Shown: positions 1 to 12,560 of the stretch, in pieces
Layout: every line of letters begins with the position of its first letter
Numbering within the stretch: the first letter of the stretch is position 1
Assembly (NCBI GenBank): GCA_015680685.1
Contig: MNCI01000167.1
Span: forward strand, 2,346 to 66,345
Source: Gnetum montanum
Taxonomy: Eukaryota; Plantae; Gnetophyta
Direction: 5' to 3'
Length of the DNA stretch: 64,000 nucleotides
Notes under the pieces: model-generated
The model's input: the letters and a program-made list of their open reading frames with translations, nothing else
Database searches by the model: none
What the model was told of the DNA's origin: nothing
Program-made: the position numbers and the translations under genes

Positions 1-229
1 GAATAAAGACACCGTACAATTACATTCACCACACTGCAGGCAGACACGGGAAAAAACCTAACTCTGGAGGGATCGAACTGCTAGAGCTTCGCTACTTCTA
101 AACTGGGATCCCAAACAAGGGAGAGTCGCGTCTTATTTATAGATATGGCAACGGACTGCGATATCGCGTACGCGATATCGTAGGGAAGACGCGATATCGC
201 GGCCTATTCCAAGAGCTATTGATCAATCA
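1..229 (-). mobile_element. Partial LTR (5'/U3 end) of an Athila-like family, running off the window start
   Basis: Reverse complement of 1-45 (TGCCTGCAGTGTGGTGAATGTAATTGTACGGTGTCTTTATTC) matches the LTR at ~9360-9402. GCGATATCGC motifs present. Ends in ATCA (TGAT start on minus). Confidence 0.75.
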
Positions 230-736
230 GGGAGAAAAAAATTATGTGTCTTAATTATATCAACATTACTATAAAAAAGAATCTCAAATTTTTGCTCACT
301 AGCTTGTAATTTTGCTTTCTTGGAATCAACAAAAAATTTTGCATTGATAGAAGAAGTAAAAATTTTAGCATCAGTTGAAGAAATTGGAGATAATTTAGAA
401 TTCCCCTAGAGAGATCAAATTTTTTGGAAAAAAATCAAAGAGAGAAAATTACATTTATTGAAGAAAAATTAGATCTACATATAGAATGTATTAATTGTGA
501 GTAATACAAGTGATAGTAGATGAGCAATATGTATTATTAGAACACTACTATTTCTTTATAAGAAAATGATAAATCTCAAGTATTTAAACTATAAATATTG
601 ATTCAAGATCATTATAAAGAAGAAGTTTTCAAACTACATTAATACACATATCAACAATGAGGTCTTAGCCTAGTTATAAGATTCTTGAATTGGAAGCTCC
701 AATTTATGGGTATGATTTTTGTGGGTAATACTAAGT

Positions 737-3094
737 TATAACATCCTAATTACATGATATATATTAGGGCGTACATATGTTTACATGAATACACATATTT
801 GTTGTACTTAGGATTTATTTGCCTAATATTTTTTTTTCCTGTTTTTTTTTTCTTTTTTGGGAAGGGGTTGGGGGGTGGGGGTGGGTGGGGGAGAGGGGAG
901 GAGATGAGCGTGCCAAATCCAAAAAATGAATAATAATATTTAAAAAATTCAAAGTATATCAAATTACTAAAGAGGGAGTCTAAATGACATTTTTTGCCCT
1001 TTCTTATTTGTTTTGAAGCCAATTTGAGCCTAATTTCTTTTGTTCTACCCCTTATAAATAGGTAGTGATCTCTACATTTCATCACAATTTGTAGAATGGT
1101 TTTGAGTGTGATGGGATAAGTTTTGTTCTTCCCCCCTTATAAATAGGTAGTGGCCTCAACATTTCATCACAATTTGTAGAAGGGTTTTGAGTGTGATGGG
1201 ATAAACGAAACAAAAACAAATTGAGAGCATGAGGTTGAAAAGGAAGACACTCTGAAGAGAGATTATTTTATCTTTATTTTTATGAATTTGCCTTATATTG
1301 TTGTGGATTTTCTATTCCCCATCTTTGCTTTCTTATCTTTTGCTATTCTTCTACAATTTTGATTATTATGCTAAGATTCTATAGAATTTTTATCATTTTG
1401 GGCATGTTTTTATGAAAAATAATATTTTAATTTTGTCCATACCATTTTCTATCTTTTGGTAAATTTCTAAAATTGTGGAAACTTTGTCCAACCTACTTCT
1501 TAGATATTTTATGAATATTTTGGATCAACTTTTAATGTGAACATGGTTTTTGGTTTAACTCATGATATAAATATGATTTTGCCAAAATTTTGTGAAATTT
1601 TGGCTATCATGAATTTTTGGCAAGAATTTTGTGGAATTTAAGCTTTAATGAATTTTCCCCGTTTTGGAAATCTTTTGGATTTTTGGAATAAAATAATAAT
1701 ATTTGTGGAACTAGTTTTACTTAGTTCGTAGTAACAACTACAAATCTTTTAAATGCCCCTGTTTACATGAAGTAGTGGAGTGTTCTTTAGTGGGACCCAT
1801 CCCACAGGAACAAAGATTGTTGGATGGATTTTCTATCCTAAATTTTGATTCGGAAGTTTATGTGAGGCTATTGATTTAGTCAAAACCATGACATTGAACA
1901 TTTGAGTCTACTGATGTGTGGTGAGGCATAGTCGAGACCTATCCTTCCGATGATACGTGTGCCTTAGCCACTGAGAATGCTAGTAGTGAGGCTATTGCAA
2001 AAACCCAACCATGAGGGACTCGCTTAAGGTCATAAGGATAATCTAATGATAGTAGTGAGGTTATTCCAAAAGCTGTCAGTAAGTCCCTTTAGCATTGAGA
2101 GTAACCAATGCATAGTTACTAACAAATTTTTGGACAAATATACACTCTTTATATTTTTGTTGGACAAATTTGTGATATCCTGAACATTAAAATAATTTAA
2201 AGGATAATTCAATGATAGTAGTGAGGTTATTCCAAGAGCTATTGGTGAGTTCCTTTAGCAATGAGGGTAACCAAGACCTAGCCTTTGAAGATGCCTAGAT
2301 AAAATATACATTCTTTGGATTTTTGGGATATTTTGTGGCATTTAGAGACTTGAAAACATTTTATTAATTTTGTGGCTTTTTAGGAATTTGAAACATTTTT
2401 GAATATTTTTTGCAAGCCTTTATCTAGCCCATATCTTAAGACTTTTAGTCCATAACCTTTATGCTCCAGAAAAAGAAAAATAAAATAACCTTTCTTATTT
2501 GAGGAGTTTTGACTCCTACATTTTGATGCAAAGAGTAAGCAAGGAAATATTGGAAGAGGAACATAGGATAAAAAATGGACTGATTGTATATAAGATGGAC
2601 CCTCTAAATTTGAAAATTAATTTCTATATATTTTGTATTTTTGTAAAATAAAAACCTTGTACACTTCTTGGATATTGAGCCATGTACTTATTTTTGTGAA
2701 TAAATAATAAAGCATGATAGATATGAATTTTTTGTTTGTGCCCTTGGAACTGTGAGATTGCAAGGAACATTTTTCACTTCAATGCACAAGAAATTTAATA
2801 TTATTTATTATTTATTAATATATTAATATTTAATTTAGTAAACTTAAAATGTGAATAACTTTCTTTCTAGATGTTTGATTGAGGCAAAACAGGTGTCATT
2901 GGGATCATTGTTTATAAAATTTTATTACGCTATATTGATCTATTGTATTTATGCTCTTTATTACTAATTTTTATCTATTTTACTAGTTCCTTTTGAGTTA
3001 GTAAATCAAGGTTAAATCCATATGCTTAGGGTTTCATAGCATCTTGATTAGTTATTGATAGGATATTTTATAGATAATCAATAAGGGTGTTACA
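737..3094 (+). mobile_element. Probable solo LTR of a Tekay/chromovirus-type Gypsy element
   Basis: Termini TATAACATCC...GGGTGTTACA (imperfect inverted repeat). TATAAATA inside an ~82-bp tandem duplication (1039-1203). Internal AATGATAGTAGTGAGGTTATT repeats at ~1976, 2045 and 2211. Flanks match only 3/5 (TAAGT/TAAAA). Confidence 0.5.
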
Positions 3095-3791
3095 TAAAAT
3101 CTATCAATTTGATAATAAATTTTATTATTTCCTTGTTTATTATTACACAAGTATAATGCTACTCATTTGAATGATGTGAGAATAAAGAGCTAATATTTGA
3201 AAGATAATATTTTTATTTAAAATGGCACCAATATTCTTGTTCTCGAGAGGACATATTAGGAGGAAGACCATCAAGTTTATCTAAATAGCTTTCAACCATA
3301 TTAAAGTCACCCCAAATACTCTAAGGAACTTTAGGTACAGATGAAAGATATTTCCAAACCTTTGATCGATTTTTCAAATTATTAAAAGCACAAATATTAC
3401 AAAGCCCAATGTCTCCTATGACAAGTAATCCAAAGAACTATTCTAAGGTTATCAAAGCTAGAATTCAAAACTTTTTCAATCCAATTTTTATTAACTAGAA
3501 TAGCAACACCTCTTTTATTAACCTCATGAGTAGCAACAACAAAAAAGAATTTAACAACAAAATTAATATCATGCATTGAAATCTTAATTTCTTAAAGGAA
3601 AAGAAAATCTAGAGATAAATGTTGATTTGAAGTATACTCCTTGGTAATCTTTGCTTGGAGTTATTAGAAAGACATTGACATTCTATGATAAAGCTAACAT
3701 TTAAATGTGGGGGAGGAAACATCCAATATTGAATTTTCAAGCTTAACATTTGTATCACAATTTATGTCATTGATAAGTATAAAAGCATTAG

Positions 3792-4713
3792 TGATGAATC
3801 ATGGTTTTCCAGGTGTTGATATCAAACCCCTATTATCATACCCCTATTATCAGACCCCTATTATCAGACCCCTGATATTGAGTACAAGATATCATGTCTG
3901 ATGAGTCCCGATATCGAACCCCCGATATCAGGTACTCGATATCACAACCTGGATAGCAATATTGGATACGCGATATCATGGTTTCTATGTGAGCCTATAA
4001 ACACACAATGGGATGCATGGGAAAGTAATAGGAAGTTAATGTTAGAGTAGGATCTTTTTGTCAATTTTTTACTCTCAACCCTTTCCCCAGTGCATGCCAG
4101 CAATGTGATGATTGTAATTGTACAGAACCTTTCTTTGAGTGTGAAGTACTTGGACGTGCATATGATTGGCAATAAAGATCGAGATTACTTCATCATTGCA
4201 GCATTCACTTAATTTTAATTATTATTTATTGCTTTCGTAATTAATATTTCTCTACCCTCACCTCCTACCCCTATTAGTAAACATGGAATGAGTACAACTT
4301 AATCATGAGCATTTAACTGTGACTACTTGGTATCCCAGTAGCATACCTAGGACATGTGCTTGGTAATCCCAGTGGTAGTACACAAGGTCCAAGATGTGTA
4401 CAGATGATTAAGGATGGATGCTCATTGCACTTAAGCTAGCTTAGATTCTCTTCTCCCTCTCCATCTTAGGTTAATCAAAGTTACTTTCCATTACCTCTAG
4501 GATTAGAACTAGCTTAGGACCACATCATACACCTCACTCTAAACTAAACTATATGTGATAAAGCAAATACTAGTCTAGGTGGGAAGATAGCAAACTACAA
4601 TCAACGTGTAATTATCTAGATACCACAACTAGCCCGTCTACAGAGTTCGACTGGATCGTGTGTGAACGCTCATATTCGTATGGTTGAGTGTAGGGATACC
4701 TCGCCACTCATCA
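3792..4713 (+). mobile_element. Solo LTR, Athila-like
   Basis: TGATGAATC...CCACTCATCA termini with perfect 5-bp TSD ATTAG (3787-3791 and 4714-4718). Clearly similar to the LTRs at 9119 and 18449. Confidence 0.92.
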
Positions 4714-6142
4714 ATTAGTAAATAAAATAACATTTTGAATAATACTTCAACTAGAGAGAGAAGGAGATATCTTTGGGATAATTAAATTGAAATTAGTATT
4801 TTTAGACCTCTTATTTTTTTGTTGCACTAAGAAAAATTCATCCACATTAGTATTTTCACTTCTAGTCCTTGTGAAAATTTTCTTTTTTCAAGAGGAATTT
4901 TCTTTAAATATCAAGAGCTTATTAGCACATTTAAATTAAAAAAATTTAGTAAAATGCTAAGAACTTGTTGAAAAAGATTTTATTTATGATTGTTAAAAAC
5001 TACTGATGAGTGGCAAGGTACCCCTACACACAACCATACAAATCACAAAGTGTTCACACACAATCCAATTAAATTTCATGGACTTTATAATTTCTAGTGC
5101 ACTAGTCTTCTAGGTAGTGAGCCTTGCCCTAAGGTCATTCATTATCTTCTTGATTATACTTGTGAAGTACAAAGGTATGGTTAAGTGAAATCGAGGCATA
5201 TGATTTTTATCATTTTATATTTTATGTTCTTGGTGGTTTGAATAGAGAGATAAAGTAATTTAATGACTAATCTAAATTAACTAACTAACTGATCTCTAAC
5301 TAATCCTAACATAAGCATCTAGTCTCACTTTTTGTACATGTCCTGAACCCACGTATCCATTACTAGGTTGCAAAGCGCTACGCCACTGGGTCCACCAAGC
5401 AATAACACTATTGGGATTACCAAGCAAATACATGTTATGCTCGAAGCGGTTGTATTTATGTATTTAAACTATCTAGCTTATCTCACTTAATTAACTTAAT
5501 TACTGGAAAACATTAAATCATTAACTGAAGACATTAAATGCATAAATAAATATCTGAACTATCCAGAATGCTGCAAGGTTTATCAGGAAGCTTGTCTTTA
5601 TTACTGTACATACTATCATGCTCAAGTATAATAATGCTTGAATAAAGATCTATACACCCAATGAGTCCTATTATGGGCACTACGAGAAATATTCTAATGT
5701 TCAAATGAACAAACTACAATAGCTCTGCTACTACGATGAATTTGATGTCATAAATGTGGTTGGCAAGCACATATTTATAGTAACAAATGGACCTTGCGTT
5801 GATGGGGTCGTGTCGACATAGCAAACAATGCATTGACAGGGCCGCATCAACATAGCCAACCACAATCCATGATATTCCCATGACTAAATAAAAACTCGTT
5901 CTTGAGTTTTTTTACAAAAAATTGAAAAGGTATGGGATTATTAACTAACTCTTTAACAAAACAAAGCAAACTGACTTGATAAAACTGAGTGCCTGAGTGT
6001 ACAAATCAACACATTACAACAATTGTGGTGTTCATAACACAAAATTAAACATAATGACATGACTCTTCAAAATTGGATGACACTTACTTTGATGGCATGA
6101 AGTTGGTGGAAAAGGTTAAATAGTCCCAAGGGGTGGTGGCTC

Positions 6143-9029
6143 CTAACGCTCCAAGGGACCTTCACCAGCTTCAAGCATGTGTGGTAGCTTTGGTGGTTGT
6201 GGTTGTCCTGCTACTGCTACAACTTCTGACAGGAGGTAAAAGGCATTCAGTAATGGCTTCATTTTCTCCTCCTTACTCCTAGGATCATGCTTTGTCCACA
6301 CATCTTCACCAATGTGGGTAGGAATGGGCACATACCAAGGATAGGGAATCGTTGGGAATAACTCCTTAGTGTTAATCAACCAGGTAGCAAATTGTTTGCA
6401 CTAGATGTCAAACACCTTAACTATGTCTTTTAGCTCCTGGTAATCATTCATTCTCTTGGCCAAGTTCTCAATAGCTAATCATTAATCCATGAATCATGCC
6501 CTAAGAACTTCAAGTTTAGCATTTGTTATCTCAATCTTTTGCTTGGTGTCCTCATGGTACTTGAACTTGGCCTCGTATAGCAAGATGACCTGGCCACTTG
6601 TTTTTCCAATTTTGACCACGGTCGTCCAATAGTAAACATTGCTAAGTTTACATAGCAAAGATTGGCCAATTCCATTTATTTTTTCATTTCTTCAATTTGC
6701 AACTTCTTTAGGTGGATCTTCACTCTATTATATGCATCAATCCCATCAACAATGGGCTACCATACTTGTCTTCCTTCCTAGAGCTGTTGGAGGGCTTCAT
6801 TTACTTTTACCTTAGTCATTTGAATATGTTTCTCATTTACCTCCTTCTGCAAGCCAACCTCATCTCTATAGTAATTTTTAACTCTTTCAAATTTGAGAGG
6901 CAATGATCTTAATCGTAGACTTCTAGCATAAGGCTCAAACTTCCTCTATAGAAAAATTTTGATTCTCTATGGCTAATTTTCTTAACTTAGTATTTACCCT
7001 AGTGAGCTACTCCTGTTGATGATGAATGAATTCCTACATTTGTTAGTTTTGTGCATCAACATTGTGCAACAAATGATTCTTTGTGATCAATGATTTGTTT
7101 TCCTGGTGCATCTAAACCAAGCCCTTCTAAAGCAAGTAAGTTTTTTCTCCTACTATCGATTGGTTGAAGATGGCCATCACCATTCCCTCCTTAGCTTTTT
7201 TAAATCATTCCTAAAGCTATTTAAAATCTTTATCTCTGGTGATTGCTAGGCTGAGGAGTGCAGGATTAGCAAAATGGGCACGTAGTTTAGCAATTTCTAC
7301 AGTTAAGCATTGGTTTTGTGCTTGGCCATTTCAAGTTGTCCCTCTAAGATGATGCACTTGCCCTTTGTTTCCAACATCTCTGACTAGGTTGCAATAATGT
7401 TATTCAGGAAATCAAAGATTTCCAGAATTGGTTGCCCAATTCCCAGTGGTCGGTTCAACAACTCTTCATGCTGGGCTGCATTCAATCTTTCACTGACCAT
7501 GCTTGTGAACATCTACACATCTAGAAGTGTAGATACAAATGGTATAGACACCGCAAGTGCATTAAGTGCTTCAACGATTCGGTCAGTGACTACTTTAGTA
7601 GCAATCTCCTGTCCTTGATGCTACACTACCAATATAGCTGCCCCCTTGCCTTCCTTCAAATGCACCGAAAAGAAGGCAGCCTTCCCAGAGATTTCTAGGA
7701 ATAAATGGTGTTGAGATAAGGACATTGTCAACTCTCAAGCATTGGGATCTAACCTCGTAGCCAGCTACATTCTATGGGTAGAGAACATCAACCCATCTCT
7801 TTCCATCTAGCTAATTCGTTGAGCCACATCATCAAGGTGACTCATCATTGGTTGATATACAGATGGGTCTACACCACTCGTTCCTACATGTTGCTCCTAC
7901 TCACTTAAGAGCTACTCTTAGATTTCGTGCAAGTGCTCAATGGCTACACAAGCCTCCAGCGTTGTTTCTTGAGTAGTTGGTGGAGGTGGTGGCTATTGCT
8001 CCCCTTCTTTAGTCATGGCAAGTGTCTTGCCCTTCATTATTTCAGACCATAAGGCAATGGGAGTATGCCTGGTCATGTCATTTACATAGTTGATGATCCT
8101 TACCCTTTTGCAAAGTTTCTGGATGAGGCATGAAAAAGGCAAGGTTTTCCTTTCACATTCATTTTCTTTGAAGTGCTTCTTGATTTTTAAATAGATCAAT
8201 TATGGAAGATTTGCTAGAAATCTCCCGCTTAGAGTAGCACATGCTTAGATGGAAAAGGCAGTCACCTTACTAGGCCTCACTGTTGGATTGAGATGGTAGG
8301 CCATCATTTTGAAGTATATGTGTTCCATCAGTGTGAGCATGTTGTATTCCTTACGGTCAACCCTGTAACACCATTGAGTCAACTCCTTTTTGGCCTCAGG
8401 TTCATCTTGTGTTAACAACTCTACTAGTTGTGTCCTAATATCAGGTAATCCCAACACCTGTGCGATAGCTTCAACTAATTAGAACATTTGAATATCCTTG
8501 ATTTTCACTATGGAGCCTAGACTTCTATTATTCTAGAAGAGATACATCTCTCCCATGTATCACTTCCCACTGGAAGTGATGACTAGCCACATGGGAGAAA
8601 TTTGCAATTGTGTTTTTACCTCTACTAGAGCATGCTCTAAAAATGGCCCAAAGTTCAGTTCCTAGAAAACTGAGCGTTGGATATCACAGGGCCTAATGAT
8701 GTCAAGGAAGGCTTGTGTTAGTGTGACCTCAAGTCTTGGTATAGGTCCTAGTGCTTCCCCTCACTATGATTATTCTATTACCACTTCTTCTTCAGGAATC
8801 TGTTAAACAGATTCAGTTCAGGCTCTGCTCAAAGAGGTCCTATTGCATGGGTTGCTTCTGGTTGTTCCTAGGATTGTTCTTGTTAACCCCTTCCAGTTTT
8901 GGATCATTTCTTCCTTGGTTGAGAAGGTCCTCCCTTCTACAATCATTTCGATCTTGGCACCATTTGTAACCACAAGATGATCATAAGTTAGTAATTGTTG
9001 TGTAACATGAAACAATGGGGGTACATCAT
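6143..9029 (-). pseudogene. Athila 'env-like' extra ORF of the outer element (PF20167/ATHILA-like N-terminal domain plus coiled coil), decayed
   Basis: Fragments ERKTLPFSCLIQKLCKRVRI and EHIYFKMMAYHLNPTVRPSKV. AG immediately before the ATG at 9029. Homologous to 15522-18280. Confidence 0.7.
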
Positions 9030-9939
9030 CTACTTAGGATAGTTACACTTGGCTAAGTTGTGACTATGGATGATTTAATTAATTTTAATCATTATTTTAT
9101 TTATGTTTTAATGTTAACTGATGAATCATGATTCATCAAGCCACAATATCAGATCCTCAATATTGGATCCACGATATTGAGTACGCGATATCGCAGCCCA
9201 ATAACGATATTAGATACACGATATCGTGGTTTCTGTGTGGGCCTATAAATACACATGTAGGCACACAGGAAGAGGGAGTTTTTTTTTAGTAAGTTATAAA
9301 AGTTAGTTTAGTGTATGATCTTTTTGTCATTTTTCCTCTCAACCCTTTCTCCTAGTGCATGCCTGCAGTGTGATGACTGTAATTGTATAGCATCCTTTAT
9401 TCGAGTATGATGTACTTGGACACGCACATGGCCAGAAATAAAGATCAAGATTACTTCATCATTGCAACATTCACTTAGTTTAATTATTTAATTGTTATTG
9501 TTATTTATTGCTTTTGTAGTTAATATCTCTTCACCCTAACTCCTTAAACACGAAATGAGTACAACTTAATCATGAGCATTTAAGTGTGACTACTTGGTAA
9601 CCTAGGATACCTAGGATCTGCACTTGGTAATCCTAGTAGTAGTTGTGCATGAGGTCTAAGATCTGTATAGATGATTAAGGAACAAATGCTCATCACACTT
9701 AGGCTAGCTTAGATTCTCTTTCCCTATCTCCTATTAGTTTAGATTCTCCCTCCCTTTTCCTCTTAGCTTAATTAAAGATTATTTTCCATTGTCTCTAAGA
9801 GCAGCATTAGTTTAGGAACACATCATACACCTCACTCTGGACTAAACCATACGTGACAAAGCAAATATTAGTCTAGGTGGAAAGATAATGAACTACGATC
9901 AATGAGTAACTATCTAGATACCACAACTAGCCTGTCTAC

Positions 9940-11343
9940 TGATGAACAGTGTTAAAATTCCAGAACTAGTATCTGCCATAACCACAACTCAGCCAATGCA
10001 CTTCACGTTGAAGCAATGTATTAACTACATTGTGATTTATCTACCCTCGCTCATTTGTGACTATGTTGTGTGTGCAGATGGCAATCATACAACAATGGAC
10101 TGGGCCTGGAGGATGCACTCAGGATGGACCAGAATTGGAACATTCATGAAAGGACCAAGATTGGTGGCGTGGCCATGGATGAACAACGACAGGTGCAATA
10201 TTGACATCGGCAGCAACATGTCTCATTCTTTTCTTTCTCTATCCTTCTTCCCTTTTAGCTGCTAATAAGGCTAGCTATCATGTATGTACAGTGTTCACTT
10301 TTGTGGTCATGAACACTAATGTTATCATGTATTGTATTGTTGATCTGTTCACTGGGCACATTGAGTTAGTCACCCCATTCCACCGTCAATAGTCATTCAG
10401 TCAATAATCCCATATCTTCCCAATATTTTGTAAGGAGCTCGAGGATGATTTTTCATCCAGTCATGCGGGTATGATGAACTGTGATATCATGTATGCGATA
10501 TCATGTCCACGATGTTGCGTCCGCGATATCGGATCAACCATGCGATATCAGATACCCGATCTCGTAGCCTGTCTCATATTTATAAATAAGAGGCAACACC
10601 TTTGGTTTCCATATTTAAGAATTAGTCCCTTAGCCAAACTCTTGCCATTTTCTCCCTCCAGAGTTAGAATTATTTCTGTGTGCCCATAGTAGGAGTCATA
10701 GAGTGAACAGATCTTTATTCGAGCATTGTGTACCTGAGCACACTTCGTGTACAGCAATAAAGACGAACTTTATGATAAACCTTGAAGCATACAGAATAGA
10801 TTAATTAGTGTTAATTCTTATTTAATGTTTTCATAGTTAATTAATGATTTCTCTCACCCTACAACTCTCTTAGTTAATTACACTCAATACGATCGCTTCG
10901 AGCAGGTGTGTAGCGCTTGGTAACCCAGTAACAATTAGCATTTGGTAATCCTAGCAGCGTTGCACTAGTTCAGGATGTGTACAAAAAGCGGGAACAGGTA
11001 CTGGTGTTAGGAGTACTTAGAACTTAGTTANAAAGCGGGAACAGGTACTGGTGTTAGGAGTACTTAGAACTTAGTTAATGAATAGTTAAATTAGATTAGT
11101 TACTTAGTTACTTCTCTCTCCCCTCCTTATTAGTGCAGGATAGAAAACACATAAAAATCATATACCTCAAGCTTACTTAACCATACAATAGTGACATACA
11201 AGTAAGTTTGGGAAGACAACGATTAATCAACCCATTATCGTTCCACAAGGCGCATAGCCACTTAGTCCTTCGAATTCGACCAGATCGTGCGTGAAACGCT
11301 CATATTCGTATGGTTGAGCATAGGCGTACCTCGCCGCTCATCA
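9940..11343 (+). mobile_element. Internally deleted Athila-like element inserted in the 5' LTR of the nested element
   Basis: TSD TCTAC at 9935-9939 and 11344-11348. Starts TGATGAACAGTG, then ~520 bp of 3' internal sequence, PPT CATGCGGGTA and a complete LTR at 10472-11343. Confidence 0.85.
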
Positions 11344-11702
11344 TCTACGGAGTTTGACCAAATCGTGCGTGAAATGCTCATATTCATATGGTTGAGTGTA
11401 GGGGTACCTCATCACTCATCATTAGCGCCATTGTCAGGATAGTGCTAGTTATCTAGATTAGTTACATCATACAATATTGTTGTAACAAAGTATTCACAAT
11501 ACATCTTTTAGAAAAGAAATTAATTTCAATTAAGTCACATACAATATCTCTCTTACAAGATTATGATAATGTAACAACCAGTAGGGCAATTCATTAGAGA
11601 ACCAATGAATTGTATGATGAAGAAGATGAAGTTTGGAGTACTCAATCTGATGTAGGGGTTTCTTATAAACATAAACGAAGACAACATCATCCCAACTCAT
11701 GA

Positions 11703-12560
11703 ATGCATAACATACCTAATGACGATGAACCCCTACTAACCACTACAAGCCTAACGCAAATAAAAGAGGTTGTTCAAATATCCCGTAGGCATCGTAAGGA
11801 AAGCCATCTACCCAGGCTTGACTTAAACAACTTTTACAAATTCTCAAAAGGCTATGAATTAGATCCACAACAACATTTACAAGCCTTCTACAATGCCTGT
11901 GCATGGAACAACATTGATAATGGATGGCAAAAACTTAAGCTCTTTCCTCTGACACTCGTTGTCCAAGCAAAAGTATGGTATAGGTCATTAAAACCAAAAT
12001 CAATTCGATGTTGGCCAGCAATGGTAGAACTCTTCAATGAAAATATATCAAACTTATGCAAGAGTGTCAGCCTTGAGGAGAAAAATCCAAGAGTGGAAAC
12101 AAGTGCAACATGAACCCTTGGACATGGCCTTAGAGAGATATTATGCATTGTTAAACAACTGCCTAGGCCATGAGTTCTCTGAGGAGAGGCTAATGTACCA
12201 TATCATAGATGGGCTCCATAATGAAATAAGGGAGACCCTAGGAATGTATGCCTGAGGTTAACTATATGAACTACGAACCCATCATTTCCATGAGCTTATC
12301 AAACAGGTAGCAAAAGAAGAAGGAGAAATGGCTAAATGGGAGAACATTGAAAAATCTCAACAGGCCCAAAACTTAATTCAACAAAGGCCCATGATAATGA
12401 AGAGGAGAAATCAACTCACCTCAAGGAGGTGGAATCATCTTTACCAATAGTACAATCATTAAATGAAATTTAGGCAAAGATTAATAAGATGATGGAATGG
12501 ATGCATAAAAAATGTGAAGAATATGCCAACATTATTGGAGATAGAATCATGATGAACCAA
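11703..12560 (+). pseudogene. Retrotransposon gag of the nested element, decayed
   Basis: FSKGYELDPQQHLQAFYNAC...KLKLFPLTLVVQAKVWYRSLKPKSIRCW and RKIQEWKQVQHEPLDMALERY: Retrotrans_gag-type motifs, with frameshifts. Confidence 0.85.

Noticed and set aside
10985-11078. Exact ~46-bp direct duplication
   Set aside because: Split by an N at 11031; contig-overlap artefact.
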